The position numbers and the translations under genes are program-made. Below, piece by piece: positions 27,060 through 41,067 of a stretch of DNA of 64,000 bases. The notes beneath the pieces are model-generated. The model saw nothing but the letters and a program-made list of their open reading frames with translations. It did not search any database and was not told the origin of the DNA. Position 1 is the stretch's first letter. Every line of letters starts with the position of its first letter. The stretch comes from Eledone cirrhosa. Its lineage: Eukaryota. Where the stretch lies: NCBI GenBank assembly GCA_964016885.1, contig OZ024745.1, positions 85,498,001 through 85,562,000 of the forward strand, in the 5' to 3' direction.

Positions 27060-27827
27060 GCCATCACTTAAACATTTTTCTGATCTGCTGCTGCCATCTG
27101 TATCTCGTCGGCATGTGCGTGCCTTCTCCTTGTTGGTGCAGCACGCGCGACATCAGCATACTTCTGGAGCGGCTTATTTCGGCTTTGGCTGGGGCATGTG
27201 GCGCGAGTATGGTGGGCATAGTTCGTTTTAGACCTAGGGTGGGCGACTCTGCATCCCATCCCTGTCTCTCCATGCCAGCATGTCCCGTTCTTGAAAAACT
27301 TGCAGATTACTTGGGGTTATTTGCTCCCAGTGTCTCGGTGCTTTCTGTTCTTTCTTTGAACAGTTGTCCACTGGTCCCTCTGCGCTTGGTTCTCCTTTGG
27401 AAGTTGATTTCGCTTTTCACCTTTGCCCTTAGCTTGTTGGTTGCCCGGCCTGCCCTCCCTGCCTGTGGCGTAGGGTATATCATTTTCTTTCAGGTCCGTG
27501 TTTGTGCTCTCCTCCTTTTTTCTTTCCCCTTCCTCTTCCCTCTCCCTCTCCTTCTCCTCATCCCTCCCTTCGGTTTTCTCCTCCCTGAGGACACGGCTTA
27601 GCATCGCCATATGTGGCGCTATGAGGACACGCCTTCTCAATTTCTTTTCTCTTTCTCTCTATCTGTGCCAGGGTCCTCAGAAACCCATGGCTCTTCAGGG
27701 TCTCCGCCATCTTTTTGCTTGGCGGAGACCCATCAGCCATGGTCCACCCCTTGATCAAAACCGCTAGTTCCATCTTTGACCAGTTTCGCTGACTCCTGAT
27801 TTCACCTTTCTCCTGCATGCAGTCCAT
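27060..27827 (-). pseudogene. LINE ORF1 (disrupted) with CCCH-type zinc finger
   Basis: Charged E/K/R-rich stretch, then ICKFFKNGTCWHGETGMGCRVAHP at about 27310-27237. Confidence 0.65.
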
Positions 27828-28967
27828 TTCACTGTGGAGGGGAGAAAGAGAGACAGTGGGAAGTGTAGGGTAGAGGGTAGAGAGGGACAGAGGGAGGGAG
27901 GGAGATAGAGATATAACTCCAGCGAGAAAAAGAAAGAGAAACAGAAGAAAAGAAAAGAAAAGGGGGAGACAGAAGAGGGGAGCGAGAGAGATAGCGGGAA
28001 GAGTGGGGGGGAGGTCAGAGGGAGAGAGAGAGAGAGAGAGAGCTCGTTGATCTAGAGAGAGGGAGAGAGAGAGCTCGTTGATCTAGAGAGAGAGAGAGGA
28101 AGAGAGAGAGAGATAGGAAGGAAGGAGAGAGATAGAGACAGCGTGAGCAACAGCAGTTCATAAATATAAAAATAAATTTTTAAATTTAAATTAATGAATG
28201 GAAGAAACCGGAAACATAGAGATATAGAAACACGATGTAAGTTGTATATAAGCTGAATGTAAATGTTTGTTTACAAATATACGAAGTTATTGTAATATCA
28301 GCATATCATACAAGAAACAACGAAATCGGGTCAAATACAGATAAGATTATACCAAATCAAACAAGATTATATCAAATTAAATTATGTTACTCAGAAAAAT
28401 CAAAATAATACAAGATCTGTTTAAGTTAAACCAAAATGCTCTGTATGGTAGTCAAGAAAAATAGAAAGCACGTGTGTGTTGTCTCCTATGAAGGAATCAT
28501 ACAGTGAAAATAAACATGTTCAAAACGGTATTATATGTAAAGTATACTTCAAAATAATTGCGTCAAAGCACAAAAACTTATCTTTTTTGTATGTTTTCCC
28601 TGTCCTCTGAAGAATTAAAACCATACATAAATCCGATTACTGTCGATTTAAAATATTAAAATTTCAAATCTGGAGAGATGACAATTCACGTCTTATACCA
28701 ACAAGTGCCAAGCCTATATATATTATATATATATATTATATATATATATATATTTTATTTTTATAGATATATATATATTATATATATATATATAGATATA
28801 TATATATATTATATATATATATGTTATATATAAATATATATATATATTATATATACATATATTATATATATATATATTATATATATATATTATATTATAT
28901 ATATATATATATATATTATATTATATATATATTATATATATATATATTATATATATAGGATCGAGTA

Positions 28968-29071
28968 AGACCCCGACGGCTGAGCTCAAGCCGTTTCGAC
29001 GGTTAATTCTGGACTAAATGAACATTTTTATCCTGGTATTTGAATAGCCGAGCTTCTCAGGGGGTAATTCC
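28968..29071 (-). ncRNA. Hammerhead-like motif, family A (3' pLTR)
   Basis: Same fold as 3423-3527, core CUGAGAA. Confidence 0.6.
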
Positions 29072-30183
29072 ATATATGGTAAAAGTGATTGTCACAAGGA
29101 TTGGTCAAATGTTTGTTGTTGAGACATAATAATTCTATCATGGCAATTTGTGAAGGGACGGGGTAGCTGAACCTGCCAGTAGAAGAAAGAGGGAGAGAGG
29201 GTGGATGAAACCCAGTCGTGCGTAGATAGTGCCAACCACAGCTGGGCAGGTGGTCAAAGAAGATACTAGGGGGAGAGGGGGAGGAAGTCGAAACAATAAG
29301 GAAAACAATATGGGGTAAATATATAGAAAAAAACCGGGAGGGTTAAAAAGCAATTAAATGTAAAAACACAATTTCTGGTTACTATAACCTAAGGGCAGCT
29401 ATCAAGTCTCTCATTGGTACTGCTAGACTAAAGAAAGGTTAACTAGGTGGGACGGAATTATAATGAGACCCTTTTAAGAGGTATAAGCAAACAACCGAAT
29501 ATACCTTACGGTGACGGGTCAACAAATGGGGTGCCAAAATACTAAAGAAACTACCACGAAATAATTCAGAGTCCCGAGACCAGTACGAAATAAAGGTTTC
29601 TACCCCAGGCACAAGGCCAGCAACCACCCAGTGCTGGAAAAAAAAAAAATACGAAATAATAATTCAGAATCCCGTAAAAGAATACTAATACTATCTCTAA
29701 GGGTGCCGCCACGAAACAAAAATTCTAGTTCAAACTACATAAATGCCCGTACGAATTAAATGTAAAATTTGATACGGAAAATTAATTCAGAATCCCCCCC
29801 CCCCCCTAAAAAAAATAGATAAAATAAATAAATACTGATATACGAGAAATTAAAGCAAACATACCAGTAAGAAATGTAGAAAGCACGGAAAAGGGGCAGC
29901 CATCGGATATGAAGGCAAGTATCCGGGGTCTAACACATCTGCTATAAAAAGTGGAGTCGGCCAAATCGATCATAGAATAGGGGAAGGGGTGGGGGTACTG
30001 AGGCTACAAAGGACCTTGGGGCTGCCTCGGTGGGGCGAGAAAAAGGACGACGACAAAGAGAGAGGACTAGGGAGGGATGAGGGAAATATAGAGGAAGCGA
30101 TAAAAGGATATAAAAGAAGATCTACCTTTGGAAGCAGGGGTTACCCATTACAAGATCGGCAAGTGCGGTGTTATAGCCCTAGT

Positions 30184-32337
30184 CTAACCCCCCGGGTCAT
30201 TATGGGGTTCGAGGGCGAGGTAAGTCCTACGTAATCTGTGTTTACATGCAGTTACCAGTTCATCTTTCTTGTTTAGGAGTTGGTCCGTCGAAAACAACAT
30301 TTGTAAAGTTTCCTCCGAGCATAAATTGCACGGACGGCGTCCTCCCGAGTAAGAGTTGGCTCTGGACAGTAAGCTCCAAGTGAGATCATAGGTAGTATTG
30401 TTATCCTTGAGGTCCCATATGTGGCCCGAAAGTGTCGTGGCGTGACGCCGGGCCGGGTTTCGGAAGGTATGTCTGTGTTGGTATAGCCGGGTCTTGCAGT
30501 CACATGCGGTTAATCCTATATAAGCTTTGTTGGAGGTATCCGTCCTCGCGTTGCACTGGTAGATCACATTACGATCTCTGCATCTGTTGTCGAGGGGGCA
30601 AATGGATCCATCAGGACAGTTGCACCTCCTGGTCGGCTCTCCACTGCTATTTAGGTTATTTCTTCCATAGGGGTTGAGTTTTTTGTTGTTAGAGGAGACG
30701 ATGTTTTGTGCAAAGTTTGGTGTGGTGATGTAAGAGAGTTTGATGGTATTTTTGTTAATTATGTTGTGGTAGAGGTGTTGTAGTGGGAAGTGTTTTTCAA
30801 TGAGCCTAAAGAAGATTTTCCCGATAGGAGTTGTCACCTCGGCGTTGTGGGGAGGATTAAACCATGTTACGTTGCGTGAGCGGCGGTGTCGCCTGCTGGT
30901 TCCGCTAATGGAAGCTGGACACTAGGATATTTCCTCCCGGAAACCTCTCCGCTTGAGGGCCTGGTTGTAATAAGGCGCATGTTCCTCGAATATCTGCTCA
31001 TTAGCTGACAAACGAGATATGCGGAGGGAGATGTTTTTAACCAGGTTATTGGTGATGTTCCTAGGATGGTTTGACCGGCGGTGGATGTAGTGCAGGTTGT
31101 CGTTAGGTTTCCTGTATGGGTAGGACAGATCGTTATAGAGGTCAAGAGTAACGTCCAGGAAGTTCATTCGGGTCAGGTACGTTTGTAGGGCTATTTTAAA
31201 TCCCCAGTCGCGGAAGAAGCTGATTAATTGTTTACGGACCCGACCTGTACTACTGGGGTTGTACCCTTTAAGGGTAAGGAGCCTATCATCACGGTACAAT
31301 CCACCGCCGAATGCAGGAAACATATCGGTGAGTTTGGCTATTAGGAATAATCCTATAAGATCTGTGACCTCAGCCGAATCCGTGGCGCCAATGCTGACGT
31401 CGAAGTGTGAGTCGGGAGCTCTCTTTATCCATTTGGAGTTGTCGAAGAGTAAGACTGTCTTCCTGGCGTGGAGGATGATGTTTCTTTCCTGGTCGGTGAT
31501 GGGCACAAGTGTTTTGGCGAAGTCCAAGGTAGCCGTAAGTAGCGGTAAGGTAATTGAAGCATAGTAACTCTCTATGTCAAACTGGATGAATTTAGTGTCT
31601 CGTTTTTCCTCCATATTGCTGAACCATGAGATTACTTCCTGGGTGTTGACCCATAGGCTAGGTCTGGCGTGTTGCTTAACTTTAGGTATAACGCGGTCTA
31701 GGATTTTTTTGCTGATTCTCCCTATGTCGGACTTCGTTGGGTTTATAAGCCTGATAGAAGGTTTACGGTCGAAATCGGATTTGTGGTCCTTTAGTGTGAA
31801 GTAGGGTGTCCGTGGGTCTAGGGGTTCCGTGCGGTCGGCGACCCCGAGGATGGAGGTAATTTGTTGTCCATCTCGATTTATGTGCTCGATGCATGAGTGG
31901 TTAGCCTTTTTATAGGGGGAGTTTAGGCTGCTCCTGATCAGTGTGTGGTATCTGTCGGGGTTGACAAAGTAGAGGTTACCAGTTTTATCCGAGTGCACCA
32001 TGATGTCATTGGTGTTATCATACTCTGTTAAGTTGCTACGGAGCTTTTGTAGGAATCGGTTGTGTCTGGGTTTGAATTTAATGTTCTTGACCAGTTGGAA
32101 AAGGTCATTCTCGAAGGGTGAGAGCATAGGGTTCGGAGGGGGAGATTTGTAGGTAATAAATCCGAATCTCTCCTTGGTACCGAAGTCCTGATTTTCGCAA
32201 AATCTGTCGTAGAAAAAAGTTCTCCATCTAAGTCTTTTCGCAAATAGATCGATTTTTTGCGTGAGCATCCGAAGGTAAAGTTTTTTCGGTGGGACTGGGA
32301 TGTTCTTGGTAGAGAAGTCGATGTTGTGTTTTCGCAT
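30184..32337 (-). pseudogene. PLE RT plus GIY-YIG endonuclease, 717 codons with one internal TAG
   Basis: ORFs 30922-32337 and 30184-30837 share one frame. Motifs STKNIP, HSDKT, KDHK, QFDIESYY, GLYRDD, WFNPP, CNCPDGSICPLDNRC, VIY..YIG, CNLC, CKH. Confidence 0.95.
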
Positions 32338-32520
32338 GGTGCGGGTGAAAGAACTTGAGCTTAGCGGAAAAGTCTGGATACGGCGTGGTAGGGTCGGAAA
32401 GTGCTATACTACGGGAATAGGAGCTAGATAGCGAAGGAAATGCGGTAAGGAACCAGATGGACCATAACGCACCAAAGTACTCAATACTTAGGGTAGGACT
32501 GTGGGTAATAGGAACGAGTA

Positions 32521-32624
32521 GGACCACGACGGCTGAGCTCAAGCCGTTTCGACGGCTAATTCTGGACTAAATGAAAATTGTTATCCTGGTATTTGGATAA
32601 CCGAGGTTCTCAGGGGGTAATTCC
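32521..32624 (-). ncRNA. Hammerhead-like motif, family A (5' pLTR)
   Basis: Same fold, core CUGAGAA. Confidence 0.58.
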
Positions 32625-33086
32625 ATATATGGTAAAAGTGATTGTCACAATGATTGGTCAAAAGTTTGTTGTTGAGACATAATAATTCTATCATGGCAAT
32701 TTGTGGAGGGAAGGGGTAGCTGAACCTGCCAGTAGAAGAAAGAGGGAGAGGGGTGGATGAAACCCAGTCGTGCGTAGATAGTGCCAACCACAGCTGGGCG
32801 GGAGGTCAAAGAAGATACTAGTGGGCAGGGGGAGGAAGTCGAAACAATAAGTAAAACAATATGGGGTAAATATATAGAAAAAACCGGGAGGGTTAAAAAA
32901 CAATTAAATGTAAAAAACAATTTCTGGTTACTATAACCTAAGGACAGCTATCAAGTCTCTCACTGGTACTGCTAGACTAAAGAAAGGTTAACTAGGTGGG
33001 ACGGAATTCTGGACTAAATGACTCATTTAGTCCAGAATTAGCCGTCGAAACGACTTGAGCTCAGCCGTCGGGCTCCTACTCGTTCT

Positions 33087-33160
<74 letters not shown>

Positions 33161-33385
33161 ATATATATATATATATTATATATATATATATATATATTAT
33201 ATATATTATATATATATATCATATATATATATATTATATATATATTAAATATATATTATATTTATATACATATATTATATATATATATATATTATATATA
33301 TATACTATATATATTATATGTTATATATATTATATATATATTTATATATATATATATATATTATATATATATATTATATATATAT

Positions 33386-33484
<99 letters not shown>

Positions 33485-33968
33485 CAATTAATACAATAAC
33501 AGAGATAGTTTAAAGCTAAACTCTGACTGGTAACCATCTCACTCAACAAACATTATGTTATATTTAAATATAAACCCAATTTAAGTGTTTGGGGAAAAAC
33601 CAGTTGTATTATTTTATGAGATATAATTAAAGTTAAAGTATATCTCTCTTTCCAAACAATTGTTTCATTATAAGTTTTCTACAAGTTGGGAGAATATTTC
33701 CAGTTCATGTAGAAGCCTAATATATATGCATGTAAGAATATATTTAGGTGGGCGCTTATAAATCATCAGTGGAAGCCCATTAGACTTTGATATTAGAAAG
33801 AAATTCTTACCGCAGTCAAAAATCGTGTCTGTTAAGTTGCTTCTTCTCGCATCGAATGATCGCCAAATTTGAAATTCCAGCAGTTTTTGACTGAGGAAGT
33901 ATCATAGTGACAGGAAGCGGGAAGGGGAGACAACTACGATCCACGAAAGGAGGAAAAAAATAATAATA

Positions 33969-34410
33969 TACACGCGGGTTAATTAGTTTTTTCGAAAACA
34001 TTTTCAATCCAACGTGTTAAGAACTCAATTGAAAATTAAAAAAATAAATATATGCGTGTATAAATTCCACACGCATATAGATATTTTCTTAGGCTAAAAT
34101 CAGAAGTGGTACCCGAATAAGAACCGCATCTCATAACCGCAGTAAATACAGAAAGTTATGCTTTAAAGGGCAAATGGGAATGTAAATCTCCAGCCGAATT
34201 AAGAGTAAAATATAAAACACACGCGGGTTAATTAGTTATTTCAAAACTAATATCAATTCCTCGTGTAAAGAACTCAATTAATTAAAGAAAATAAATATAT
34301 GCATGTAATTATATACATAGGCATATATATATTTTCTTAGGCTAAGAAACAGAGAAGTTACAACCAAAAAAAAACACATTTCACAACAGTAATAAATACA
34401 GAAAGTCAAA
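33969..34410. repeat. Diverged direct repeat, period about 249 bp
   Basis: ACACGCGGGTTAATTAGTT, AAGAACTCAATT, ATATTTTCTTAGGCTAA and TAAATACAGAAAGT each occur twice in the same order. Confidence 0.8.
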
Positions 34411-34419
34411 TTCATAAGG

Positions 34420-34497
34420 TATAAATATAAATATATATATATATATATTATATATATATATATTATATATATATATTTTATATACATATATTATATA

Positions 34498-34546
<49 letters not shown>

Positions 34547-34652
34547 ATATTATATATATATATATATATTATATATATTTATTACATATATATATTATAT
34601 ATAGATATTATATATATATATATATATATTATATATTTTTATATATATATAT

Positions 34653-34684
<32 letters not shown>

Positions 34685-34769
34685 ATATTATATATATATA
34701 TTATATATAAATATATATATTATATATATATATATTATATATATATATATATATTATATATATATATAT

Positions 34770-34801
<32 letters not shown>

Positions 34802-34984
34802 ATTATATATATATATATATTATATATATATATATATATTATACATATATATTATATATATATTATATATATATATATATAATATATATATATATATAAT
34901 ATATATATATTTATATTATATATATAATATATATATATTTATATTATATACATATATATATTATATACATATATATATATTATA

Positions 34985-35024
<40 letters not shown>

Positions 35025-35092
35025 AATATATATATATATATATAATATATATATACATATATATATACTTATAATATATATATATATATAAT

Positions 35093-35148
<56 letters not shown>

Positions 35149-35188
35149 TATATATAATATATATAATATATAATATATATAATATATA

Positions 35189-35271
<83 letters not shown>

Positions 35272-35284
35272 ATATATATATAAT

Positions 35285-35339
<55 letters not shown>

Positions 35340-35483
35340 ATATATATATATAAATAATATATATATATAAATATAATATATATATAATATATATATTATA
35401 TATATATATATAATATATGTATATATATTATATATACATATATATATTATATATATATATATATTATATATATTACATATATA

Positions 35484-35570
<87 letters not shown>

Positions 35571-35599
35571 ATATTATATATATATATATATTATATATA

Positions 35600-35642
<43 letters not shown>

Positions 35643-35647
35643 ATTTA

Positions 35648-35690
<43 letters not shown>

Positions 35691-35716
35691 ATATATTTAT
35701 ATATTATATATATAAA

Positions 35717-35761
<45 letters not shown>

Positions 35762-35765
35762 ATAT

Positions 35766-35799
<34 letters not shown>

Positions 35800-35873
35800 A
35801 TATATTATATATATATTATATATATATATAATATAAATATATAATATATATATATATATATACACATATATAT

Positions 35874-35906
<33 letters not shown>

Positions 35907-35907
35907 C

Positions 35908-35952
<45 letters not shown>

Positions 35953-35985
35953 CATAATATATATATAATATATATATATTATATA
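34420..35985. repeat. Degenerate (TA)n tract, about 1.6 kb
   Basis: Direct reading. Confidence 0.98.
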
Positions 35986-35996
35986 TTATTAAAATA

Positions 35997-36072
35997 ACAG
36001 ATTAAAGTTTAAGCAAAGAATCGCTGCTTTCACCCTTAACGGGATCTTCTGAAACTAACAAAGTCAATCTGT
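35997..36072 (-). ncRNA. Hammerhead-like motif, family B
   Basis: Reverse complement of 9527-9602. Confidence 0.62.
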
Positions 36073-36991
36073 AAACGCAGAAGTGGATATTTCAAAAAAC
36101 GTTGCAACCGGAGGAAGACAGGAAGACGATACTTTGGTTCGTGGAAACGTTCGCTGGCAAAGAACGGGAAAAAACGAATATAATACGTCATTAATAGGAG
36201 CGGTGAAAAACAATTACGCGCAAAGACAGAACCACGTTTATGGTATAAAAGAGATCATAGACAAATGTTCTCTTAGGTGGTTCATTGAGACGTTCTCTGG
36301 CAATGAACGAAAAAAATGAAGATAATGCGTCATATGTGGAGCGTGGATAACAATAGCACGCAAAGACAAAACCACGCAAATGGTATAGCAGACGTCGTAG
36401 ACTAAAATTTTAACTAGGAGACCGAAAGAATCTCCGCTACAGAGTTAAGAACAAAGTAAATAAATACAATACAGAAGGAATAGAAATAAATAAATACCTA
36501 CACGCAAACAAATACGTACATACACAAGCATGCGCAAAACACTTACCATAGGTATACAAATCCACGCACATATAAATATGTGTGTGTGTGTATGCGTGTA
36601 TACAAATAAATTAATAATTATATAAACGTATATAAATAAATATATGTATATAACAAGCGCACACACATACCTACATGTAAATACACGAATGTTCGGAGAC
36701 GTAAGTCAACCAAAACATGAAGTACACATATACACACACCCTACATACGTACGAACCTGCATACTCACACAGACGCAAAACTCCCGTATACACATAGCCA
36801 AACCATATGTACTAGAATATATAAAATTATACGTCATAACATAAACAATCAAATATACGTACAAGAAGGTATACGTACCTTCACAAAACATACGGGTAAT
36901 ATATACTTACCTATTCAAATAAGTAATGGTATAAACAAAACATATACTTAGCTCCCACATCGAGACGTAATATATCGACGTATAGATCGTA

Positions 36992-39110
36992 CTATCTGTT
37001 AGGGTATAACGTGGGGCTGTAATACAGGAAAGTTTTGTGCAATTTATGTTTACAAGCCGAAATTGCCTCAGATTTTTTATTTAAGATGTGGTCTGTGGCG
37101 TAGAGTATTTCCAGGGCCTCAGCGGCGCAGAGGTCACATGGTCTTTTATTTCCGTTATACGATGTAGCCTTAGCTAGGATCTCCCAGTGTAACTTATATT
37201 GGGTGTGGTTGTCTTTTAGACTCCAGATATAAGCTGAAAGTGACGTCATATTCCTTCTTAGAGGGTAACGAAAAGAATGGGTATTCATGTAAAGACGCTG
37301 CTTGAAAGTATTGGCGGATAACCCTATGTAGGCCCTACAGGACGTGGGTGTTACAACCTTACATTTGTAGACAATGTTACTAGAGAGGCATTTCCCGGAT
37401 AGGGGGCAATCAGCCCGATTCCTACAATTACAGTTAGTACTAACTACAGGGTTGCACGTGTTCCTACGGCTAGGTAGTTTAGCTAAATTTGAAGATGTGA
37501 TGTTATGTGCAAGGTCAGGTGTCGTAGAGTAAGAAATGTTAATAGTATTTCAATTAAAAATGTTACTATATTTATGTGTAGGGGGAAAATGCTTCATAAT
37601 AAGGGAAAGAAAGATCTTAGCTAATGGTGTGGCCACCTCCATATTAAATGGTGGGTTAAACCAACAAATGCGACCGGATCTATTTTTTCTAGGTCTATTT
37701 TCGTACTCTGTATATGCTACCTTATCGACATATCCACTTCGAGCAAGAGCTTCATTGTAATAAGTGGAATGGTTGTTGAAAATACGCTCGTTGTTGGAAA
37801 GACGGGAAAGCCTCAACGAAACGTTTCTTACCAGGTTGTTGGTTATGATGGTAGGATGGTTGGAATGCTTACTTATATAATTAAGCGTATCATTCGGCTT
37901 TCTATACGGGTAATACAACCCATTCAATAAATTGAGGCTAACGTCGAGGTAATTAACGACCGAGAGATTGGCCTCAACCTGTATAGAGAGGTTGAAGCCT
38001 TTAAAGAAGGCTGTGAGTTCTTTTCTGAACCTGTCGCAAGCACGAGGTCCGCACTTAGTCATGGTCAAAAGACCATCGTCACGGTACAAACCACCGCCCG
38101 CGTTGGGGAATTCGTCCTTGATAGAGAAAAGAAGGAAAAGGCCGATAAGATCAGTAACCTCCGTAGAATCACTGGCGCCCATACTCACGTCGAATGGGGT
38201 ACTATTGGATTTTTTAATCCAAATAGAGTCGTCGAAATTAATCACCTACTTTCAGGCATTGTTGATGACATCAACTTCGAAATCCTTAATCACTCTGAGT
38301 GTTTTAGCGAAATTGATAGCTCTAAGGAGAAGTGGTAAAATGATGGAGGAGTAGTAATTGTTGATGTCGAATTGGATAAAACGGCAATGTTCCTTGTTAC
38401 ATATGCCGTTGAACCAATCAATCACCGCGAAAGAATTGTTCCACAGTGCAAGAGGGGCCAAACTTCTAAATTTCAGGTATAATTCCATCAAGAATCGTTT
38501 TACTAAGTCTACCTAAATCGGACTTCGTAGGGTTAATAAGCCGAATAGAGGGGTTGTTCGGAAAATTGGATTTGTGATCCTTCAGGGTAAAATGGAGGGA
38601 AATAGGGTCCAGAAGTTCGGTCCGTTCCAGGATGTTGAGATCAGATGTGATTTTAAACCCAGCATCGTTGATTTCATTGATGACGCACCGATTAGTTTTA
38701 CGGAAATCCTTAGTTACAGCATTATGTAATAGTTGATGGTAAGTACTGCGCTCCACTTGATATAGGTTGCCAGTTTTGTCGGAATGGACGTGCACGGCGT
38801 TAGAATCCTTAATAGAACGAATTCTATTCTTCAGGTCTTGCTGGAAGGAATTGTTCCTATTCCGAAATGTGATACTCCGAATGAGTTCCAAGATATCATT
38901 TTCGAATGGTAGCAATGCTGGGTTATTATAGGTTTTAAATCCAAATTGATCCTGTTTGTTGTCTGCTTTTCGCGGATTATCGAAATAAAAGGCACGCCAA
39001 CGCAACCTTTTAATGAACGCGTCTGTTTTCTGTATTAGGAGTTTTAGGTATGTTTTCCTGCTTGGTACGGGTATGTTCTTTGTAGAGATATTCAGATGTT
39101 GTTTCTGCAT
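36992..39110 (-). pseudogene. PLE RT plus GIY-YIG endonuclease (disrupted)
   Basis: STKNIP, HSDKT, QFDINNYY, GLYRDDGL, CNCRNRADCPYPGKC, IVY..YIG, CDLC, CKH. Frameshift near 38470; stops near 38250 and 37550. Confidence 0.93.
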
Positions 39111-39254
39111 GATGAATATAAGTCAGTAGAGTGCTCAACTGAAGGAGCCAAATAGTAATAATAATAAATTTGAAGACTAAAATCCAAAGAGGGCTCGATA
39201 AGGAAAATATATATCAAATATATAAGAACCGTAGAGCAAATATTTATTAAAATA

Positions 39255-39330
39255 ACAGATTAAAGTTTAAGCAAAGAATCGCTGCTTTCACCCTTAACGG
39301 GATCTTCTGAAACTAACAAAGTCAATCTGT
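39255..39330 (-). ncRNA. Hammerhead-like motif, family B (5' pLTR)
   Basis: Reverse complement of 9527-9602. Confidence 0.62.
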
Positions 39331-39333
39331 AAA

Positions 39334-39427
<94 letters not shown>

Positions 39428-39476
39428 AATATATATATATATGTATAAATATATATATGTATATGTATAAATATAT

Positions 39477-39533
<57 letters not shown>

Positions 39534-39548
39534 TATATATATATAAAT

Positions 39549-39671
<123 letters not shown>

Positions 39672-39687
39672 ATATTATATATATATA

Positions 39688-40655
39688 TACCACATAGAAA
39701 AATGCGTACAGCAAAAAAAAGTAATATTGTTGGAATATAAACCTTTAAAAATACAGGACAAGAAACTAAAATAAAACTTTCAAAGAATAGGACAAGAAAC
39801 TAAGATAAAACTTTAAAGAATTGGACAAGAAATAAAGAATTTTACAATAATATTTGTGGCAAAATTTTTATTGGTAGAAAATCGAGTTCCACATTCATAG
39901 GCTCTGGGTTCCACATTTCGAGGTCGTCGTCAGACCGGGTGGATCATTTCATCCTGGTTTGAACACAAATTGGGCCATAACCATACCCCTATTTCATCAT
40001 TCGGCGACACGCCTCATGTGTCATGCATAATGTGAATGGACCCATGGGCCCATGAGCACAGATCTTAAGCAGCAGCGGACGGTCTTGTCGTCCCGCTCAT
40101 CCTTGATCTTGACCAACCCGTCCATCTTCTCCTTGCATCTTGTCGTTGAGTTCAAGTCCGGCAGTCCAGATGAATGCGTGCCACAGCTTTCTGGTACAGG
40201 AAGGGGGAGCAGGAGGACTGGAGGGAGGACCGGTGGTTGAGGGAGGTGCCGTAGTCGGTGGTCAGAGTCGACATCTTGTCCCGGTCGTCTTCTCCATCTT
40301 CGTCTGGTGTTGCGGGACCAGAGGAGACCTACAGCTGCACGGCCAATTCTTCTTGCACTGGTCATTCTGACGGAGCAGAACTTCTCAGCCAACCAACCCA
40401 ACCAGAACCAATCGCTCAAGGGCAACGCACAATGAGAGCATGACAATTATTATGCACTAATCAAGAAGAATAAAAACATTTTGCCACTAATATTATTGTA
40501 ATTTTTTTTATTTCTTGTCCAATTCTTTAAAGTTTTATCTTAGTTTCTTGTCCTATTCTTTTAAAGTTTTATTTTAGTTTCTTGTCCTGTATTTTTAAAG
40601 GTTTATATTCCAACAATATTACTTTTTTTTGCTGTACGCATTTTTCTATCTGGTC
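39688..40655. mobile_element. Non-autonomous DNA transposon or foldback element with TIRs of about 178 bp
   Basis: 39688-39865 is inverted at 40478-40655. Each TIR has three GGACAAGAAA subrepeats of about 33 bp. TA lies outside both ends; GC-rich 600-bp core. Confidence 0.8.
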
Positions 40656-41067
40656 TACTATTTTTTAAGGCAATGCAAGCAACAACTATCTAATAATTAA
40701 ATGATCATAGTGAATTACTGACAAGTGATTGACATTTTTAAGTTCTTTTGAGTATAATTGCAATCTAGTTGAGGCAAACTTGTGCATTTCAATGGTGTTA
40801 CGGATAAAAACTGATACTGCTGTCTACGACCTTTATATAGGATTGTCATGTTTCTTTGTATCTGCAATGTGGGTATACAAAATAAGAATTATGATATTAA
40901 CTTTTATTTAAAATCCCCAAAACTGCTGTGCATGAAAACTTCAAAAAGTAATTCTATTTCTATTGATGACCTCTTAGTTGCTCATACTAATTTTGTAAAA
41001 GATTTCAAGCCAATAATCAGAATGATCTGGTATAATTTTTATGCAGATAAATGACTAATTAGTATAA

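Larger units (their letters stand above)
23841..28714 (-). mobile_element. CR1-like LINE, apparently full length
   Basis: 5' UTR, ORF1, APE-RT ORF2, 3' tail (GTAAAAGA)x3, (TA)n on both sides. Confidence 0.9.
28958..33088 (-). mobile_element. PLE family A, full-length with direct pLTRs and a short inverted 5' piece
   Basis: pLTR copies at 28958-29458 and 32511-33008; inverted piece 33024-33088; single RT-EN ORF; (TA)n flanks. Confidence 0.95.
35986..39336 (-). mobile_element. PLE family B, full-length copy 1
   Basis: Direct terminal repeats carrying the HHR-like motif (35997-36072 and 39255-39330) around the RT-EN ORF. Confidence 0.93.

Noticed and set aside
28958-33008. LTR retrotransposon, suggested by 500-bp direct repeats
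   Set aside because: No gag, protease or integrase and no TG...CA ends; RT plus GIY-YIG identifies a PLE with pseudo-LTRs.
37550-38254. In-frame TGA codons in family B copy 1 as possible selenocysteine
   Set aside because: Copy 2 has AGA and CGA (Arg) at the same positions.
39745-39840. CRISPR-like repeats of about 33 bp
   Set aside because: Tandem subrepeats without unique spacers inside a TIR, in eukaryotic DNA with no cas genes.
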